DNA of 64,000 nucleotides from Candidatus Methanomethylophilaceae archaeon (GCA_944320485.1 CALUHQ010000072.1:9154-73153), one strand, 5' to 3'. Positions 1-10,138 are shown, numbered from the stretch's first letter. Made by a program: numbers and translations. The notes: generated by a model from the sequence alone, not told the origin.

Positions 1-285
1 GTCTTCCGGAACGGACTTCATGGAGTTGAAAGCATCCTCATCCGCCCTCTCCCCGGGCGATAGCCTGGAGAGGTAGTCCGGACTGGCGATCGGCTCGAGT
101 GTGATCTCGGCGTCCCCATCGGTCTCGAGGAGGGTGTCGCAGGCGTCTATATCGTCGCCCAGCGAGACAATGATGTCTATGTAATCATCGATCTTCGATG
201 TGTCTATCTTGGCCAGCGAAGCGAAGATCAGGATCTCGTTGAGTTTCCTGTCCCGGACCCTGGCGATAAGAGCAGCATCCCACAT
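1..285 (-). CDS. Hypothetical protein, 5' part only (runs off the window); paralog-like to 1944..2708
   Basis: ATG at 285, open frame to position 1 (MWDAALIARVRDRKLNEIL...DYLSRLSPGERADEDAF); AT-rich promoter-like region at 295-330; absent from the ORF track because it is truncated. Confidence 0.7.
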   Translation of the reverse strand, partial: MWDAALIARVRDRKLNEILIFASLAKIDTSKIDDYIDIIVSLGDDIDACDTLLETDGDAEITLEPIASPDYLSRLSPGERADEDAFNSMKSVPED

Positions 286-345
286 GAGTGAGTATCTCTA
301 TATCAGTGTTTAAAACATGTTATTTATAACAAGTTAGGGAGGAGC

Positions 346-363
346 CGTCCCCCAGAGGGGACG
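346..363 (-). terminator. GC-rich hairpin downstream of 373..1890
   Basis: CGTCCCC-CAGA-GGGGACG stem-loop about 10 nt past the stop. Confidence 0.45.
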
Positions 364-372
364 TAAGTAGGT

Positions 373-1890
373 TCAGAGCGAGGCTATGCTCATTTCTATT
401 AGGATTTCGCGGTCGTCGCGGTCCTCCTGCTTCTGCCAGACGATGTAGTTGGAACCGACCTGCTGGACCCATATGCGCTCGCGGTCGTCATCGTAGCGCT
501 CCTGGTACACCTGGCAGGTGACGTCGTTGATCGTTTCGGTGGTGTTGAGAGAATCCCATCTGCTGAGCTGATCGGAGGTCATCATGATCTTCCCGAGGAA
601 CTCGTTGGCGGACATCCTCTCGACCTCTACCTCCCTTCCCTCGGTCTCCCTCACGGTGAGGCGGTCGCCGTCGATGGAGATGATCTGGTAGGTCTCCGCA
701 TCGCGGCCGTCCTGGATCGTGTAGTAGTCGTTGACCTCCAGGGTGACGCCGAACCTGTTACTGGAAGAGGGCTTATCGCCGGGAGTTGACGGTTCCTGCT
801 GGGTGCCGCCGAAGAGCGAGGTGCCTGTAAGGTAGTAGGACTCGACATCATCATACCAGTCTTCCCAGCGGTCATCATCGTCATGCCAGTCGTCGTAGGT
901 CTCGATCTTGTAGATGATTCCGGAGTCCGCAGCGACCCAGAGGACGACCCTGTCCTCCCAGTCGAAGTCCAGGATCTCACTGTGCATCCAGTACACCTCG
1001 TACAGGTTACAGGTCATGGTTCCGAACGGGGTGTTTAGAGTCTGGCCGGAATCGATCATATTCCCACTCCCATCATGCAGGACGAGGGAGAGGAAGTCCT
1101 TGACGGTGGTTCCATCGGTATCGTTGTCGCCAAGTTCACAGTACTGGATGTAGTCGCCGTTGATCCTGACGATCTCGGCGCCCTCGATGTCGCGTCCGTC
1201 ATCGTCGTACTTGGAGAACTCGATGTAGTCTCCGACCTGGAGCTGGGTGCGGATCTCGCCCGTCTGGATGGAACCCTCGGGGACGATGACCTCGGTGGAG
1301 GACTCCTTGCCGATCATGTTGGTGTCGGTGAGGGTGGTCCTGTATGTGTTGGTGCTGTTGTTGCTCACGATGACGATCTCGGTCTGGTAGATGACGTTGG
1401 AATCCACGCCGATGTAATCGTAGGTGGTGACGGTGGTGGCTCCGCCGACGTCCTGCTGGTCCATGAACACCATGCACTGCACGTTCTTGCCGGCGTAGGC
1501 TATCGTGTCGTTCCTCTGGTACTCGCCGATGTAGGTCTGGTCCACGACCGTGACGTCGTCCAGGAAGTCCTCCTTGGCCATGGTCTCATGGGATGTACCG
1601 TTCGGTGTCTCGACACTGACATCGATCATGCCTGTGTTCTCGTCAATGGCGGTGACTGTGTACTTGGTCTGGTCCGAACCGACAGTTGCGGCCAGGGTCA
1701 TCGGCGATGGCTGCGATGCGCTCTGGGATGACGTGATGGTGTAGTAGTCCCCCACGGACACGTCCATCCCTATGGCATCGACCTGGCTGCCACCCTCGCC
1801 TCCGTTGTCCCTGGTCGCCAGGTATACACCCGACGCCACGAGCACGACGGCAACGACTGCGACAGCGATTAGCATGGTCTTAGTTGCCAT
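373..1890 (-). CDS. N-terminally membrane-anchored surface protein with three internal repeats
   Basis: N-terminal TM (LIAVAVVAVVLVASGVYL); repeats starting VGDYYTI / VGDYIEF / VNDYYTI, each with a later C-x-[VL]-[YF] motif. Confidence 0.8.
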   Translation of the reverse strand: MATKTMLIAVAVVAVVLVASGVYLATRDNGGEGGSQVDAIGMDVSVGDYYTITSSQSASQPSPMTLAATVGSDQTKYTVTAIDENTGMIDVSVETPNGTSHETMAKEDFLDDVTVVDQTYIGEYQRNDTIAYAGKNVQCMVFMDQQDVGGATTVTTYDYIGVDSNVIYQTEIVIVSNNSTNTYRTTLTDTNMIGKESSTEVIVPEGSIQTGEIRTQLQVGDYIEFSKYDDDGRDIEGAEIVRINGDYIQYCELGDNDTDGTTVKDFLSLVLHDGSGNMIDSGQTLNTPFGTMTCNLYEVYWMHSEILDFDWEDRVVLWVAADSGIIYKIETYDDWHDDDDRWEDWYDDVESYYLTGTSLFGGTQQEPSTPGDKPSSSNRFGVTLEVNDYYTIQDGRDAETYQIISIDGDRLTVRETEGREVEVERMSANEFLGKIMMTSDQLSRWDSLNTTETINDVTCQVYQERYDDDRERIWVQQVGSNYIVWQKQEDRDDREILIEMSIASL

Positions 1891-1943
1891 GACGATTGAA
1901 TTAAGATTTATTTATAAAAAGAAACAAGGATGTCGACGAATGG

Positions 1944-2708
1944 TTAACCATTGTTAATGATTCGGTCGTCGAATGTCGTACTCAATTCGGAGTTCGAGAC
2001 GGCCCTTCCGATGAGGACGGAGACCAGGAAAGGCATGTCGCCGAGGAACGAGTTCAGTTGTGCGCGATCCGGATCAGGCAGGAGCGGGGATAGCCTGTCC
2101 CTGAGGAATCCCGTTTCGTACGCCGACAGCGCCCTGAGGACGGCGGAGATCTCGGCGTTGGTGAGGTCCCGTCCGGAGTGCACGCGGAGCAGCTGGGAGC
2201 ATAGGATAGCGAGGACCCTGGTAGATTCCCTCACATCCGGTCCGACGGTGTCCTGAGGGGATTCGAGGATGTTAAGCAGGATCCCCCTGACCTTCATGAC
2301 GTTGTTGGCCTTTGAGAATCCGAGCGGAGACTCACCCTGGCTGATCGTCCTCGACAGGGCTATCCCCTCCCTCAACGGGCCGAGCAGGATGATGGCGCGG
2401 ACGATCAGGGCCTGGAATGACTCCTCGTCGGAGCGGCTCCTCTCATCCAATCCGGACCTGTATGATTGCACTATGTCATCAGGCAGGTCGTCATTCACGT
2501 CGGTCAGCAGGTCCAGCCTCCTTTCGATGTCCGACAGGTCGTTGGACGCCAGGTCGAGAAGCAGCTGGATGCGGTTCAGGTCGTCGACCAGCATCATGGA
2601 TGTCATCGAAGCCACCGTGCCTCCGTCATGAGCTAAGGCGGCGAGCTCTATGCTCTTCCTGGCCGCAATGCGGGTCAGAAGGATCGTGTCCTCGAGTCCG
2701 TAGATCAT
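1944..2708 (-). CDS. Hypothetical helical protein
   Basis: ATG (MIYGLED) at 2708 overlaps the TGA of 2705..3100 (ATGA coupling), so this start is preferred to the longer ORF-track start. Confidence 0.75.
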   Translation of the reverse strand: MIYGLEDTILLTRIAARKSIELAALAHDGGTVASMTSMMLVDDLNRIQLLLDLASNDLSDIERRLDLLTDVNDDLPDDIVQSYRSGLDERSRSDEESFQALIVRAIILLGPLREGIALSRTISQGESPLGFSKANNVMKVRGILLNILESPQDTVGPDVRESTRVLAILCSQLLRVHSGRDLTNAEISAVLRALSAYETGFLRDRLSPLLPDPDRAQLNSFLGDMPFLVSVLIGRAVSNSELSTTFDDRIINNG

Positions 2709-3100
2709 GGATCCAGAGGCACCACGGTGTCCCGGATGGCCTTCTTCAGACCCTCGACGGCAGCGTGCGTGACCTTCTCCTCGGCACGGTCCTCGGGGTT
2801 CAGGTCCCTGAGGTAGGATGCGTAGAGCTTCGGGGAGATCCTGCTGGCCTCCACCAGGGCCAGAAGGTCCTCGTCGTAACCGTTGTCCACCGAGTCGAAG
2901 TCGTTCGAGTAGTAGGCGGATGCCAGCTGATGGTACCTGATGTCGAGCTGAAGCCAATCCATCAGGTCCAGATAGTGAGGGGCCCTGTCGGGGTCCTCGA
3001 ATGCCTTCATGGCGTACGCCTCGCGTTCGGTCATCTTCCTCTCCGCTCCCTGACGGAGCTTCTCCGCCAGTTCCTCACGACTGATTGTGTTCTTCTTCAT
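2705..3100 (-). CDS. Hypothetical protein
   Basis: 131-aa ORF with host-like codon usage; AT-rich TTTATTAATAA element upstream. Confidence 0.75.
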   Translation of the reverse strand: MKKNTISREELAEKLRQGAERKMTEREAYAMKAFEDPDRAPHYLDLMDWLQLDIRYHQLASAYYSNDFDSVDNGYDEDLLALVEASRISPKLYASYLRDLNPEDRAEEKVTHAAVEGLKKAIRDTVVPLDP

Positions 3101-3155
3101 GTCCGTTATTAATAAAGTTTGTAGCTTTATTCGATTGAATTATTCTTCGTTGTTA

Positions 3156-4955
3156 TTATGCAATATCATCGTTCCCTTCGGAACCGGAACCTGTATCACG
3201 CCGACCGGGGTACTGGAGCTTCAGGGTGTAGCCGTCCAGCGAGACGCCCGCGCTCCTGTTTACGGTCAGCACCTGCTCCGGACCGAAGCCGAATGTGTCC
3301 CCGTCCTTGAAGACCGTCCCTGTGAGGAACATGTGGTACACCACATCGTAAAGGAAGTTCATGACGTTGTAGGACTCGTCGTCGGCGTCCAGGACCTCCA
3401 TCTCGTCCCTGGCGTAGGAGCCCAGGCCCACCGTGTAGGCGGACACCCCCTCGGATGTGCGGTACATGCCTATCCATACCATCGCCAGCACCGGGATGAC
3501 CTCCCTGCTGCGGAACCCTTCCGCCTCCATCATGAAGAACTCGGGACGGTACACCGTATCGTTCTCGTAGACTCCGAGGGCGTCGGAAGCCCTGAGGCAG
3601 GAGTCGACCAGCTTGACGAAGGTCAACCCGCATTCGACCGGGTCCCCGTCATGGTTCACCATGGCCACTATCAGATGCGCCGTGTGGGCCGTGACGACAT
3701 CCCGGCCTTCCGGCCACATGTAGTTGCCTGCTGCGGCATCGGAGGCCTCGTTCCCGGGCACGGGACTGGATATGAGGCTCACGGCGAGGATGTGGCCTTC
3801 GAAAGCTGCAATCAACGACTCACCGGATACCTCGGGGTCAGCGAGCTTTATCCCCCAGCGCTCCCCCAGCTGCCTCACGATCTCGGAGGGATCCCATCTG
3901 GGTTCGCGCAGCAGCACTATCGCCGCGAACGGTCCACCGTTGGGGTTGTCAAGGAGCTCCAGGTCGCTGTTGAAGTCGACTGTGTGGACATCATCGCTAC
4001 CCGATGTGACGTAAGACAGCCTGACCCCCATGTCTGGCCGTATGCTGAGTCCGTACAGCGACGGATGGCTTCCAACACGGTTCTCCAGATGGCCCCTGGC
4101 CCGGGCATCCATGACGTCTATCGAATCGATGATCGAACGGATCGACGACGGGTCCCTCTTGGACAGCTGGGCCTCGTTCATCATGAACGTGACCACCAGC
4201 GATCCTCCCTCACGTTCCATCAGGCACGTGCAGTAGGGATGGTCGGCGGACCAGCCGGAGACGCCCAGCCCCTCCTTTATTCTCTCGAGGTTGACCCTGT
4301 CGCAGACGATGCCCTGGACCGCCAGCATCTTGCTCTCGTACTCCCTCTCATCGCGGTCGGGACCGTTGAAGGAGGCATCGGCCTCCGGATCGATCAGATG
4401 CATCTCCATCTGCTCGATGGTTGCGCCGGTCTCGATGTCCGCCATCAGCGAGAGGAACTCGTAATCGCCGGGGACAAGTTCGAGTCCCCTCCTCCCAGCG
4501 TCGAATGCGCCCTTCCTGTCCCCGAAATGGGACCTGAGCCTGCCGAGGGTAAGCCATGTCCAGGGATAGTCAGGGTCCTCGACGACGCCTCTCTCGCAGT
4601 ATTCCAGGGCGAGGTTCGGCCTGCCGCAGTACATGAGGGCGTTGGCGTAACGGTAGTACCATCTGCCGCATCCCTTCGCCAGGTCCTCCACCCCCGAGAG
4701 CCAGTCGCAAGCCGTGTAGAAGTGCTCGTAGTCACCCTCGTTGTTGCAGGCATAGGCGACCCATAGGGCGATGCCGAGGTCGCGGTGAGCGTCCTTCTCG
4801 GTGAACCGTCCCTCGGATGCGCCGTGCGATATGAACGATCCCAGGTACTCCAGTATGGCGTCGCAGTCGACCGTACCGTCAGAGACGAACGACCTCAGGA
4901 CAGACTCCTCCTCCGGCCCTAGGAGCGGAGGCTTCGGGGTCCCAGCAGCAGTCAT
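3156..4955 (-). CDS. TPR-module plus DUF4261-like domain protein
   Basis: TPR helices (WYYRYANALMYCGR...YPWTWL); C-terminal AHTAHLIVA...YTVGLGSYARDEMEV...FKDGDTFG resembles DUF4261. Confidence 0.75.
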   Translation of the reverse strand: MTAAGTPKPPLLGPEEESVLRSFVSDGTVDCDAILEYLGSFISHGASEGRFTEKDAHRDLGIALWVAYACNNEGDYEHFYTACDWLSGVEDLAKGCGRWYYRYANALMYCGRPNLALEYCERGVVEDPDYPWTWLTLGRLRSHFGDRKGAFDAGRRGLELVPGDYEFLSLMADIETGATIEQMEMHLIDPEADASFNGPDRDEREYESKMLAVQGIVCDRVNLERIKEGLGVSGWSADHPYCTCLMEREGGSLVVTFMMNEAQLSKRDPSSIRSIIDSIDVMDARARGHLENRVGSHPSLYGLSIRPDMGVRLSYVTSGSDDVHTVDFNSDLELLDNPNGGPFAAIVLLREPRWDPSEIVRQLGERWGIKLADPEVSGESLIAAFEGHILAVSLISSPVPGNEASDAAAGNYMWPEGRDVVTAHTAHLIVAMVNHDGDPVECGLTFVKLVDSCLRASDALGVYENDTVYRPEFFMMEAEGFRSREVIPVLAMVWIGMYRTSEGVSAYTVGLGSYARDEMEVLDADDESYNVMNFLYDVVYHMFLTGTVFKDGDTFGFGPEQVLTVNRSAGVSLDGYTLKLQYPGRRDTGSGSEGNDDIA

Positions 4956-5058
4956 GCCGGGTCGTATGGCCTCCTAGGTTGTTTAAGGTAGCGTAGGATA
5001 TCACGACCGAGGATCCGTTGCCTGACCGTCGCGGCCCCGGATGGGGATCCCCGCCGTG

Positions 5059-8000
5059 TCAACGGATGGGCTCCGTGCCGGTTCCCAGCGATACCTCGGC
5101 ATCCCTCCCGTTGGGGAGCCTGTAGGCCAGCGTCACGGAGGAGTCCCTGTCCACGATGACGGCGACCAGCTTCCCATCGCCGTTGAAGAGAGGGTCCGAA
5201 CGGCGCATCACCGCAGCGTAGGAGTTCCATCTGCCTTCATACATCTCCGAAGATATCCATCCCAGACGTCCCGGATCCATCTTCGAGAGCGCGGCGATGT
5301 TGGCCCTGAAGAGGACCCCGAAGCGCAGCCCGCGGACCTCGGTATCGAAGGAGCAGTAGGGTGAGTCCTCCTCCCAGGTCCCGTCGATGGGATGGAAAGC
5401 CGATCTGAAGCGGGCGGCGCCCTCCGGATCCGTCAGGATCCCCGCGATGACGTCGAGCTTCTCCCGGGCATCAGGGTCCTCGCCGGACTGCAGGACCGCG
5501 TCCGCACCCGGGTCGATCCAGTGGAACTCGAAGCTGTCGAGGTCCAGTCCGACTTCGACCTCCTCCGCCAGCGTGAGGAACTCGTAGTCGCCAGGGACCA
5601 GTTCGAGCCCCCTCGCGATTGCTTCCATCGCCCCCTCCCTGTCCCCGAAGTGGGCCCTCATCTTCGCTGCCTGGAGCCAGATCCACGGATACCCCGGTTC
5701 CTCCAGGATGCCCCTCTCCGCGTAGTCGCGGGCATCCTCCAGACGGCCGCAGTACATCAGTGCGCAGGAGTAGCGGTAGAACCATGTGGCGCATCCCGTG
5801 GCCGAACCCTCCGACGACGGCATCCACTGGGCGGCCTGCCAGTAGTGCTCGTAATCCCCGATGTTCAGGCATGCGTACGCGTACCAAAGGGCTGTATCCA
5901 GATCGGACTCGACCTGACGGCGAGTGAAGCGTCCCTCGCGGATGCCGGAGTTGAGGATCCCGACCAGGTCGTTGAGCATCGCATGGTACCTGCCGTCTAT
6001 TTCGCCGACGTACGACTGGAATCTGTCGACGTCCTCGGGCGTCAGAATCACCGGGGCCTCCGTGTCGGTTCCCTCGTGCTCGACGAGCCTGAGCGTTAGC
6101 GCGGACCTGCGGAACGAGTGGAATCCGGCCCATTCGACGTCGGTACCCTCGAAGAAATCGGTGGAGGCCTGCAGCACCCGCGGGAGGTCCCAGGCGATCA
6201 GGTCTATGTACCCGTGGCGTAGCCCGGTGGCACCGCCGATGAAGACGACAGAGTCCTCGCCGACGGAACCGATGATGGATCTCTCTGCGGCCTCACGGAA
6301 GTCCAGTATGCGCGATACGCGGTCATCCCCGTCGAAGGAGTCCAACGGGAACACAAGGAACCCTGCGACCGCTCCGTCGGCATGGAGCATGTCCACCTCA
6401 GAGTCGTCGTTGCCTAGATAGTCGTTGACCAGCGGGGGGCATCTGGACGACCCGGCGATGACGTCGAACCTCCAATCGGCATCCGGGTCGTCTATGGGTT
6501 CGAGCTTGTATGACATGTATATGGACAGGTATCCCTCCGGTCCGACCTCCGTGTTAAAACCCATCTCGATGAGCCTGGACCTTATGTCCCCGAGCCTGAC
6601 CAGGTCCCCCTGGGGCCTCTCGCGGACCACGCTGAACCCGTTCAGGATGGCCATCGCCGGAATCTCGCCGAGGTTCTGCTCCAGGAGGTTCGATATCATC
6701 CACCAGACGCGGTTCTCGTCCTCGTCCATCAGCGGCAAGAGCTTCTCGCAGTAGGCGGTGACCGAGGCGAAGTTCCCCGACCTCTCCACCAGGACCTCCA
6801 CGTCACGGGAACCTACGGTGACGTCCCCGTATACGAGATCGAGGCCTTCCCCGGCATGCTTCCCGATGCTGACCCTCCACCTCGACAGGACGTCCTCGGG
6901 GGCCCTTCTGACGAATTCCATTAGCTCGAAGAGCCTGACGCGGTCCCTCTCCGGCACCAGGATGAGCTCGAACCTCTCCCCGTCGTGTCCGATCTCGAAC
7001 GAGACCTCGCCGAACGTCGTGCAGATGATGCCGTCCACCAGATCCAGGAGCTCCTCCTCTACGGAACGACGGTCTGGATGCGACAGCAGCCTCTCGATCT
7101 CCGACATGGATTCGGCAAACCTCCTCCAGGTGACCTCGGTGCGCTCGCGGAAGGTCCTGTGGAACGTGGGCATCGAAAGAGCATCGACGCAGGCGTCCAG
7201 GAGCCCGGAGTTGTCCTCGTCGTCTGGTTCCAGCTCCTTGGCGCGCTGGAGGTATGGGATCGCCTCGGGCTCCCTGTCGAGCATGTAGTAGGAGTATCCC
7301 ATCCTGTAGTTCCAGAGGTAATCGTCAGAGAGGTCCTCACGGACGGATTCCAGAAGCGAGATGGCCTTGTGGAACGGTCCGGTGTCATCGGGACCGCCGA
7401 GGTTGTTGTAGGCCCTGGCGAGTACGCTGGTGAGGCACGGGTCCCTCGACGATTCCGGAAGCGACTCGATGGCCTCGACCACCTTCCTGTGCTCCCCATG
7501 GTTGTGCCAGTCCTCGCACCTTTCGATCAACCCCATGACGAGAACCATGTACCTCGTATCCAGAGGCTCCGTCGCCTTAGAGTCGGTGCCCTCGTAGTCT
7601 CCGGAGGATCCCTCCTCGGTGATGTTCCAGACAGGATCGTCGAGGATCCTGTCTACGTCCAGAGCCATGCCATAATAACTGATAATGTCGGAGAACGTCT
7701 GCCTGACCGAACGTACGGCCTCCTGGGACATGGTGTATCCGATCTGACCCTGGATGTCCGATATCCTGCGGGCACGGCTCCTGAGCTGGTCCTCCATTTC
7801 GGCATAGGTCCAGTCTCCCGCCGGGATCCAGTGGATCAGACCGCGGAACACGTGCTGCGCCCTGACGGTGAAATCATCTGGTACCGAGGGGTCGTCGACT
7901 ATCGTTCTGCAGAACACGTAGTCCTTGGGGAAGGGACGGTCATCGGAGAAGACTGTATCCGGGCCAGGAGCCACCTCGGTGATCCCTGGACCCTCATCCA

Positions 8001-8847
8001 GATGTTCCATGGCCGCCGAGACAGCCAGGTCCTCGCAGGGGACATCCAGACGGACGATCCTGCGTACAAGGAACCTCTCCGGGACCTTCCTGTCGGGACC
8101 GGTGGAGATCGGTTTGAAGTGCGGTGAGCAGGGTAGGTAGCCGATGACCGGGCCGTAGCCGGTGATGATGTTGCCGCCGAGGTCACCGCCTCTGAAGAGC
8201 GGCCCCTCGTCCGACACGAGCTCCGTCAGGAAAGGGTCGGAGGCGATGACGATGCCGAAGAAGTTGGGCTCCTCCATCGTATACGGACCCTTCTGGTCCG
8301 GGAAGTGCCTCAGCCCCATGCCGAAGTCGAAGCTGTCCCCCCATTGGAACAGGGTAGTGCCGCCACCGCCGCAGAGGTACTCCCATTCGTCGGAGGTGGG
8401 AACGGAGAAGGGATTCGATACAGAAGACAGGCATCCGGATGCATCCCCTTCGAATATGCGGGGATGAACCTCGACGAGCATCGGCGGGATTGTGCGGGAG
8501 CGGGTCCTGAGCACTAGAGCCTCCAAGACTGCTCTAGGGTCCACGCCGTGTTCCTTTACATACTTCTCGATCATGAAGCGGGTGCGTCCGTCAAGGTCCT
8601 CCCAGTGGCCTTCCCATCCCAGGGTCACGGTGTCCCCGGGGACGAACACGAACTCAGATCCGTCGCTCTCATAGATGGCGGTGTAGGTGTACCTGCCCCA
8701 TCTCTCGAACCTTTTGAACCCCTTCAGGGTCATACCGTTCTCCTCGGCAGCGGAGCGGAGGAGGTCCTGCCTCGTCTGGATGGTTAGCAGGTCGAATTCG
8801 TCTCTGTAAAGGCGGCGGGAGTCCTCTTTCCTCATGTGATCCATCAT
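5059..8847 (-). CDS. 1262-aa multidomain protein: FGE-sulfatase/SUMF1-like N-terminus, DUF5713-like segment, TPR domains
   Basis: FVFVPGDTVTLGW and PTSDEWEYLCGGG...PNFFG (FGE-like); LARAYNN...WNYRMGYSYY TPR; C-terminal module paralogous to the N-terminus of 3156..4955. Confidence 0.75.
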   Translation of the reverse strand: MMDHMRKEDSRRLYRDEFDLLTIQTRQDLLRSAAEENGMTLKGFKRFERWGRYTYTAIYESDGSEFVFVPGDTVTLGWEGHWEDLDGRTRFMIEKYVKEHGVDPRAVLEALVLRTRSRTIPPMLVEVHPRIFEGDASGCLSSVSNPFSVPTSDEWEYLCGGGGTTLFQWGDSFDFGMGLRHFPDQKGPYTMEEPNFFGIVIASDPFLTELVSDEGPLFRGGDLGGNIITGYGPVIGYLPCSPHFKPISTGPDRKVPERFLVRRIVRLDVPCEDLAVSAAMEHLDEGPGITEVAPGPDTVFSDDRPFPKDYVFCRTIVDDPSVPDDFTVRAQHVFRGLIHWIPAGDWTYAEMEDQLRSRARRISDIQGQIGYTMSQEAVRSVRQTFSDIISYYGMALDVDRILDDPVWNITEEGSSGDYEGTDSKATEPLDTRYMVLVMGLIERCEDWHNHGEHRKVVEAIESLPESSRDPCLTSVLARAYNNLGGPDDTGPFHKAISLLESVREDLSDDYLWNYRMGYSYYMLDREPEAIPYLQRAKELEPDDEDNSGLLDACVDALSMPTFHRTFRERTEVTWRRFAESMSEIERLLSHPDRRSVEEELLDLVDGIICTTFGEVSFEIGHDGERFELILVPERDRVRLFELMEFVRRAPEDVLSRWRVSIGKHAGEGLDLVYGDVTVGSRDVEVLVERSGNFASVTAYCEKLLPLMDEDENRVWWMISNLLEQNLGEIPAMAILNGFSVVRERPQGDLVRLGDIRSRLIEMGFNTEVGPEGYLSIYMSYKLEPIDDPDADWRFDVIAGSSRCPPLVNDYLGNDDSEVDMLHADGAVAGFLVFPLDSFDGDDRVSRILDFREAAERSIIGSVGEDSVVFIGGATGLRHGYIDLIAWDLPRVLQASTDFFEGTDVEWAGFHSFRRSALTLRLVEHEGTDTEAPVILTPEDVDRFQSYVGEIDGRYHAMLNDLVGILNSGIREGRFTRRQVESDLDTALWYAYACLNIGDYEHYWQAAQWMPSSEGSATGCATWFYRYSCALMYCGRLEDARDYAERGILEEPGYPWIWLQAAKMRAHFGDREGAMEAIARGLELVPGDYEFLTLAEEVEVGLDLDSFEFHWIDPGADAVLQSGEDPDAREKLDVIAGILTDPEGAARFRSAFHPIDGTWEEDSPYCSFDTEVRGLRFGVLFRANIAALSKMDPGRLGWISSEMYEGRWNSYAAVMRRSDPLFNGDGKLVAVIVDRDSSVTLAYRLPNGRDAEVSLGTGTEPIR

Positions 8848-8879
8848 GAATCGTTCAGATATGATAAAAACATTTAGTC

Positions 8880-8897
8880 TAGTTAAGTATTTAACTA
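8880..8897. promoter_or_regulatory. Palindrome in a divergent promoter region (candidate operator)
   Basis: TAGTTAA-GTAT-TTAACTA perfect inverted repeat in the AT-rich spacer between divergent genes. Confidence 0.45.
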
Positions 8898-9079
8898 ATT
8901 CACTATGATTCCGATGTTACCATAATAAACCAAAAAAATAATCCATATCAGGTGTGGTAATAACGTTCATGAATTCCCCAAGGACTTTGGTTGTGAGTCC
9001 TACTAATGACAGATGATTAAAGACTGATTCGAGATGTGAGTATGTAACGTTTATAATCGGTCACGTCGTACCATCCCTC

Positions 9080-10138
9080 ATGACCGACATGGACCCCCTC
9101 CAGATGCAGATCGAGATGCTCAAGGCCCAGGTTGAGACGCAGAAGAACATGTACCGTCAGATGTACGCATCCGACCCCGCGGTGGTCGAACAGTTCTGCG
9201 CCCAGCTCGACCAGAGCCTCCAGATGCAGATACAGATGATCACCCAGATGTCCGGGATCGCCGACAGCTCCGGATATGTGGACCCCGACGCCCAGGCCAG
9301 GGCGGTCCTTGAACAGCTCGGATACAACGACGAGGAGGTCGAACGGGCCATGGGGTGCGACGATGGCACCAGCCTCACCGAGGAGACCATGGGATCGATC
9401 GAACCCGACCAGTTCGGATACGGGGACATAATCAACGTCCTGTCGGCTTTGACGCAACTACAGGAGCTCCAGCCCGCCCCGGTGGACGATGCGGGAATGA
9501 GGCGTTTCAAGATCCTCCTGACGGGGATCATATCGACCCTGAACGACCATCTGACTGACGGTCTCGACGTGGAGCCGAGGAACCAGGACAACGTGGACAT
9601 GGTCCGCTCGATCCTGGAACAGTACTGGGGGGTCGAGGACAGGGACGGCCTCATCGACACACTGAGGTATCTGATCACAGGCGGCCATTCGAAGGACTAC
9701 ATGGAGGCTCTCGAGGTCATATCCGCATCCGGGTCCGCGGCCGACCTCCACACCGAGGACATGGACGAGGACGACATCGCCGTATGCGACTCCAGGTTCG
9801 AGTTCACCAGGGCTTACGCTGGCCAGATCGGTCCGATGATGCTGCGCGGATGGGACCTCGGAAGGGCCGCCAACGTCACCCGCTGGGGGTACTTCGTCGG
9901 ATACATCTCGGAGCAGGAGGCCTGGGACATCCTGGACCAGATAGCCGACGGATGCCTGTCCGCCTTCGACTCCTGGACCTCCTACGCCCAGTCGTACATA
10001 TTCGGCAGCATGTACTGGAAGTGCCCGTTCGGCCCGGAGGCCTGCTACGAGAACGCCGCCGGACTGATGTTCGCTGTCGAGTACCTGCTCACCGAGGGTC
10101 CGTGGAAGGACTTCGCCTGGCCGAGCGGACGCGTATGA
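9080..10138 (+). CDS. DUF1266-domain protein
   Basis: LEQYWGVEDR...GWDLGRAANVTRWGYFVGYISEQEAW...FDSWTSYAQSYIFG; TTTATAA upstream. Confidence 0.8.
   Translation: MTDMDPLQMQIEMLKAQVETQKNMYRQMYASDPAVVEQFCAQLDQSLQMQIQMITQMSGIADSSGYVDPDAQARAVLEQLGYNDEEVERAMGCDDGTSLTEETMGSIEPDQFGYGDIINVLSALTQLQELQPAPVDDAGMRRFKILLTGIISTLNDHLTDGLDVEPRNQDNVDMVRSILEQYWGVEDRDGLIDTLRYLITGGHSKDYMEALEVISASGSAADLHTEDMDEDDIAVCDSRFEFTRAYAGQIGPMMLRGWDLGRAANVTRWGYFVGYISEQEAWDILDQIADGCLSAFDSWTSYAQSYIFGSMYWKCPFGPEACYENAAGLMFAVEYLLTEGPWKDFAWPSGRV

Noticed and set aside
3087-4766. Long antisense ORFs (e.g. 3087..4766 +, 19364..21319 -, 12715..14184 +)
   Set aside because: Shadows of real genes caused by high GC3; no recognisable motifs
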